From the NCBI GenBank assembly GCA_051453625.1, contig JBOZIK010000001.1, positions 24,815,481 to 24,866,562 of the forward strand: DNA of 51,082 nucleotides, in the 5' to 3' direction. The stretch comes from Welwitschia mirabilis (Eukaryota). The notes below the pieces were generated by a model. The model worked only from the letters and a program-made list of their open reading frames with translations, did not search any database and was not told where the DNA came from. How positions within the stretch are numbered: position 1 is the first letter of the stretch; each line of letters starts with the position of its first letter. Of this stretch, positions 48,597 through 51,082 are shown in pieces. The position numbers were made by a program, and so were the translations under genes.

Positions 48597-51082
48597 NNNN
48601 NNNNNNNNNNNNNNNNNNNNNNNNNNNNNNNNNNNNNNNNNNNNNNNNNNNNNNNNNNNNNNNNNNNNNNNNNNNNNNNNNNNNNNNNNNNNNNNNNNNN
48701 NNNNNNNNNNNNNNNNNNNNNNNNNNNNNNNNNNNNNNNNNNNNNNNNNNNNNNNNNNNNNNNNNNNNNNNNNNNNNNNNNNNNNNNNNNNNNNNNNNNN
48801 NNNNNNNNNNNNNNNNNNNNNNNNNNNNNNNNNNNNNNNNNNNNNNNNNNNNNNNNNNNNNNNNNNNNNNNNNNNNNNNNNNNNNNNNNNNNNNNNNNNN
48901 NNNNNNNNNNNNNNNNNNNNNNNNNNNNNNNNNNNNNNNNNNNNNNNNNNNNNNNNNNNNNNNNNNNNNNNNNNNNNNNNNNNNNNNNNNNNNNNNNNNN
49001 NNNNNNNNNNNNNNNNNNNNNNNNNNNNNNNNNNNNNNNNNNNNNNNNNNNNNNNNNNNNNNNNNNNNNNNNNNNNNNNNNNNNNNNNNNNNNNNNNNNN
49101 NNNNNNNNNNNNNNNNNNNNNNNNNNNNNNNNNNNNNNNNNNNNNNNNNNNNNNNNNNNNNNNNNNNNNNNNNNNNNNNNNNNNNNNNNNNNNNNNNNNN
49201 NNNNNNNNNNNNNNNNNNNNNNNNNNNNNNNNNNNNNNNNNNNNNNNNNNNNNNNNNNNNNNNNNNNNNNNNNNNNNNNNNNNNNNNNNNNNNNNNNNNN
49301 NNNNNNNNNNNNNNNNNNNNNNNNNNNNNNNNNNNNNNNNNNNNNNNNNNNNNNNNNNNNNNNNNNNNNNNNNNNNNNNNNNNNNNNNNNNNNNNNNNNN
49401 NNNNNNNNNNNNNNNNNNNNNNNNNNNNNNNNNNNNNNNNNNNNNNACACACACACACACACACACACTCACACACACACTTAGCTTTCATTAGATAGAT
49501 GTCTTTGATTTACAAGAAGTATTCATAATTAACGCACAAAGGATGATTTTATTATAAGTGCATATTTTTTCATTTTTGTTAGAACTTCTTTCAAGTTTTA
49601 GTTTCTACCTTTTTTATGTCATAAAGATGGTGAGAAGAAAAGTCATCAATACTTACAAGAGAAAGGAACCTACTCATAAGATGCAAAGACTATAATATAG
49701 ACCTTAATGTTATCATAAAATAGTTGAGAATTTGTTTGAGTCTTAGCTTAGAAATTCCATCATTATAGATATAACTCTTAGCTTTTAGAAGCATAAAAAG
49801 GATTAAATATTAGCATACTTCTCTCATCTTGGTTGGAATATAATTGTTTAGCTTTAATAGAGTATTCTAAATCTTATTGTGAGGAAATTCAATGCTAATA
49901 TTTGTGAGATTGATGATACTATTGGTACCTTTCAAATACAAATAATAGGTATCCCTCTTATTTAGACTCTTAATTTTATTAATAGTCTACTTAATATTAA
50001 TAATCTATATATTTCTTAGTTATAGATGCATTCTTTTAAAGATATCTTTACATATGAGTTAGTTAAAATTTTAGGATGTAATTTAAGTAATGTTATTTAT
50101 ACAAAAATTGGATTTTATAAGCTTGTTAAATGAAAGAACATGGTGATAGATTCCTCTATCTTAATCCTGATATTAGTGTGAGGAAGTAGTTATAGCTACT
50201 GCAATTACATGCAAACATTTTTCACTAAGCATGAACATTCGTACTCTATTTCACAAGGGCCAAACTTTGGATTATCCCTATTTAATTAATCTTATTACTA
50301 GTAGTGCTAGTATCATAATGTCTTAAGTAAATCTCATTCATTTATAGAAGTTACTTTCAGAGTTCAGTGAGGAGTGATATGCTCTAGTTTAAGTAGGGAA
50401 TGACACGGAGAAAAGGCCTTCTAAAACACAATTTTAGATATCTAAATCTATAGGTTCACATAGTTATTCATCTACATAAAAGGATCTTTATGTTCTATTT
50501 AAAATGGTTGGAAAGTTTAGTAGAAACTTATTGAGTTTGAAGAAGCATAGATTCATAGCCAGTGAGAGGGAAGTCTCTACTGGTAGCTTGAAATCTATGG
50601 AAACTCCTATCGTTAGATTCATAGGAGGAGTTAGAGTTAAATAAGGCTCTAGTGCCTTATGCCACAAACTATGATTTTGATAAAGTAGAGAACCTAAAAG
50701 AATCAATTGCTTTAGAGATAGAGGAGGAGGAAATACACATTTAGAAGGAGAACTAGCCTTTACCACAAGTTCAGAGAAAGCATTACATGAATTTAGATGA
50801 CTCATATGATTTACCTTTCATATTTTATAGGATTCACTATAATATTGCCATTTACCATCCTACATACCCACTTTAATCACCTCATATACCTTTAGCACCT
50901 AACCTACCTTTACTTGCATCATGGCTCATCACTGCTCCATCATTTGTAGCTAATTTCACTGAGACTACTAAAACCAATTTCTTTAACACTTCCATCACCC
51001 CTCAGATGTATGTTCTTATGAGAAGATAGGCCTATAAGCATCATGGTAAAATATCATTACAATAATCATGGAAATGACCTAT
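44703..51082 (+). mobile_element. Degenerate SIRE/Maximus-like Ty1/Copia element (gag, RT-RNase H, env-like remnant); PR/INT apparently deleted
   Basis: Gag: MEGIPSIRPSLFDGTNYIY*KIRMQVYL from 44703 and ELQSALTSYE (~46008-46037). RT: IGIKCVFKNKIDENGDVIKNKVKLV (~46517), YMDVKSAF (~46712) and IYVYSIIF (cf. YVDD, ~46968). RNase H: INISKNPIKHSKMNHIKIKHHFL, ending ~47870. A downstream ORF remnant starts at 49627 with LIVRKFNANI (~49873; cf. LVREFYAN). Confidence 0.85.
48523..49480. repeat. (TC)n(AC)n compound microsatellite flanking a gap
   Basis: (TC)n at 48523-48560, and (AC)n on both sides of gap 48597-49446. Confidence 0.95.

Noticed and set aside
23499..49498. Long ORFs made mostly of X, and microsatellite-derived ORFs
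   Set aside because: Artefacts of N-gaps and dinucleotide repeats.

Overview
AT-rich land-plant genomic scaffold with 8 N-gaps. It holds one apparently intact gene, an intronless GT64 (exostosin-like) glycosyltransferase at 3969-4994 (+), facing a 5'-truncated, intron-retaining cytosolic HSP90 pseudogene at 6560-8760 (-). The pseudogene has one premature stop, several frameshifts and deletions, and a ~350-bp insertion with a target-site duplication. The rest is mostly decayed transposons: tRNA-derived SINEs, an intron-containing Helitron-like Rep remnant, three L1-type LINE fragments, a pol-less Athila-like LTR element with both LTRs, a probable hAT remnant, a Copia element with a nested Athila-like Gypsy, and a SIRE-like Copia with an env-like remnant. 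TE motifs were read by manual translation across stops and frameshifts, so their boundaries are approximate. I found no convincing novel multi-gene system. The most notable signals are the Helitron2/Helentron-type Rep, the unidentified insertion in HSP90, and pervasive C>T/G>A erosion of the TEs, including at non-CpG sites.
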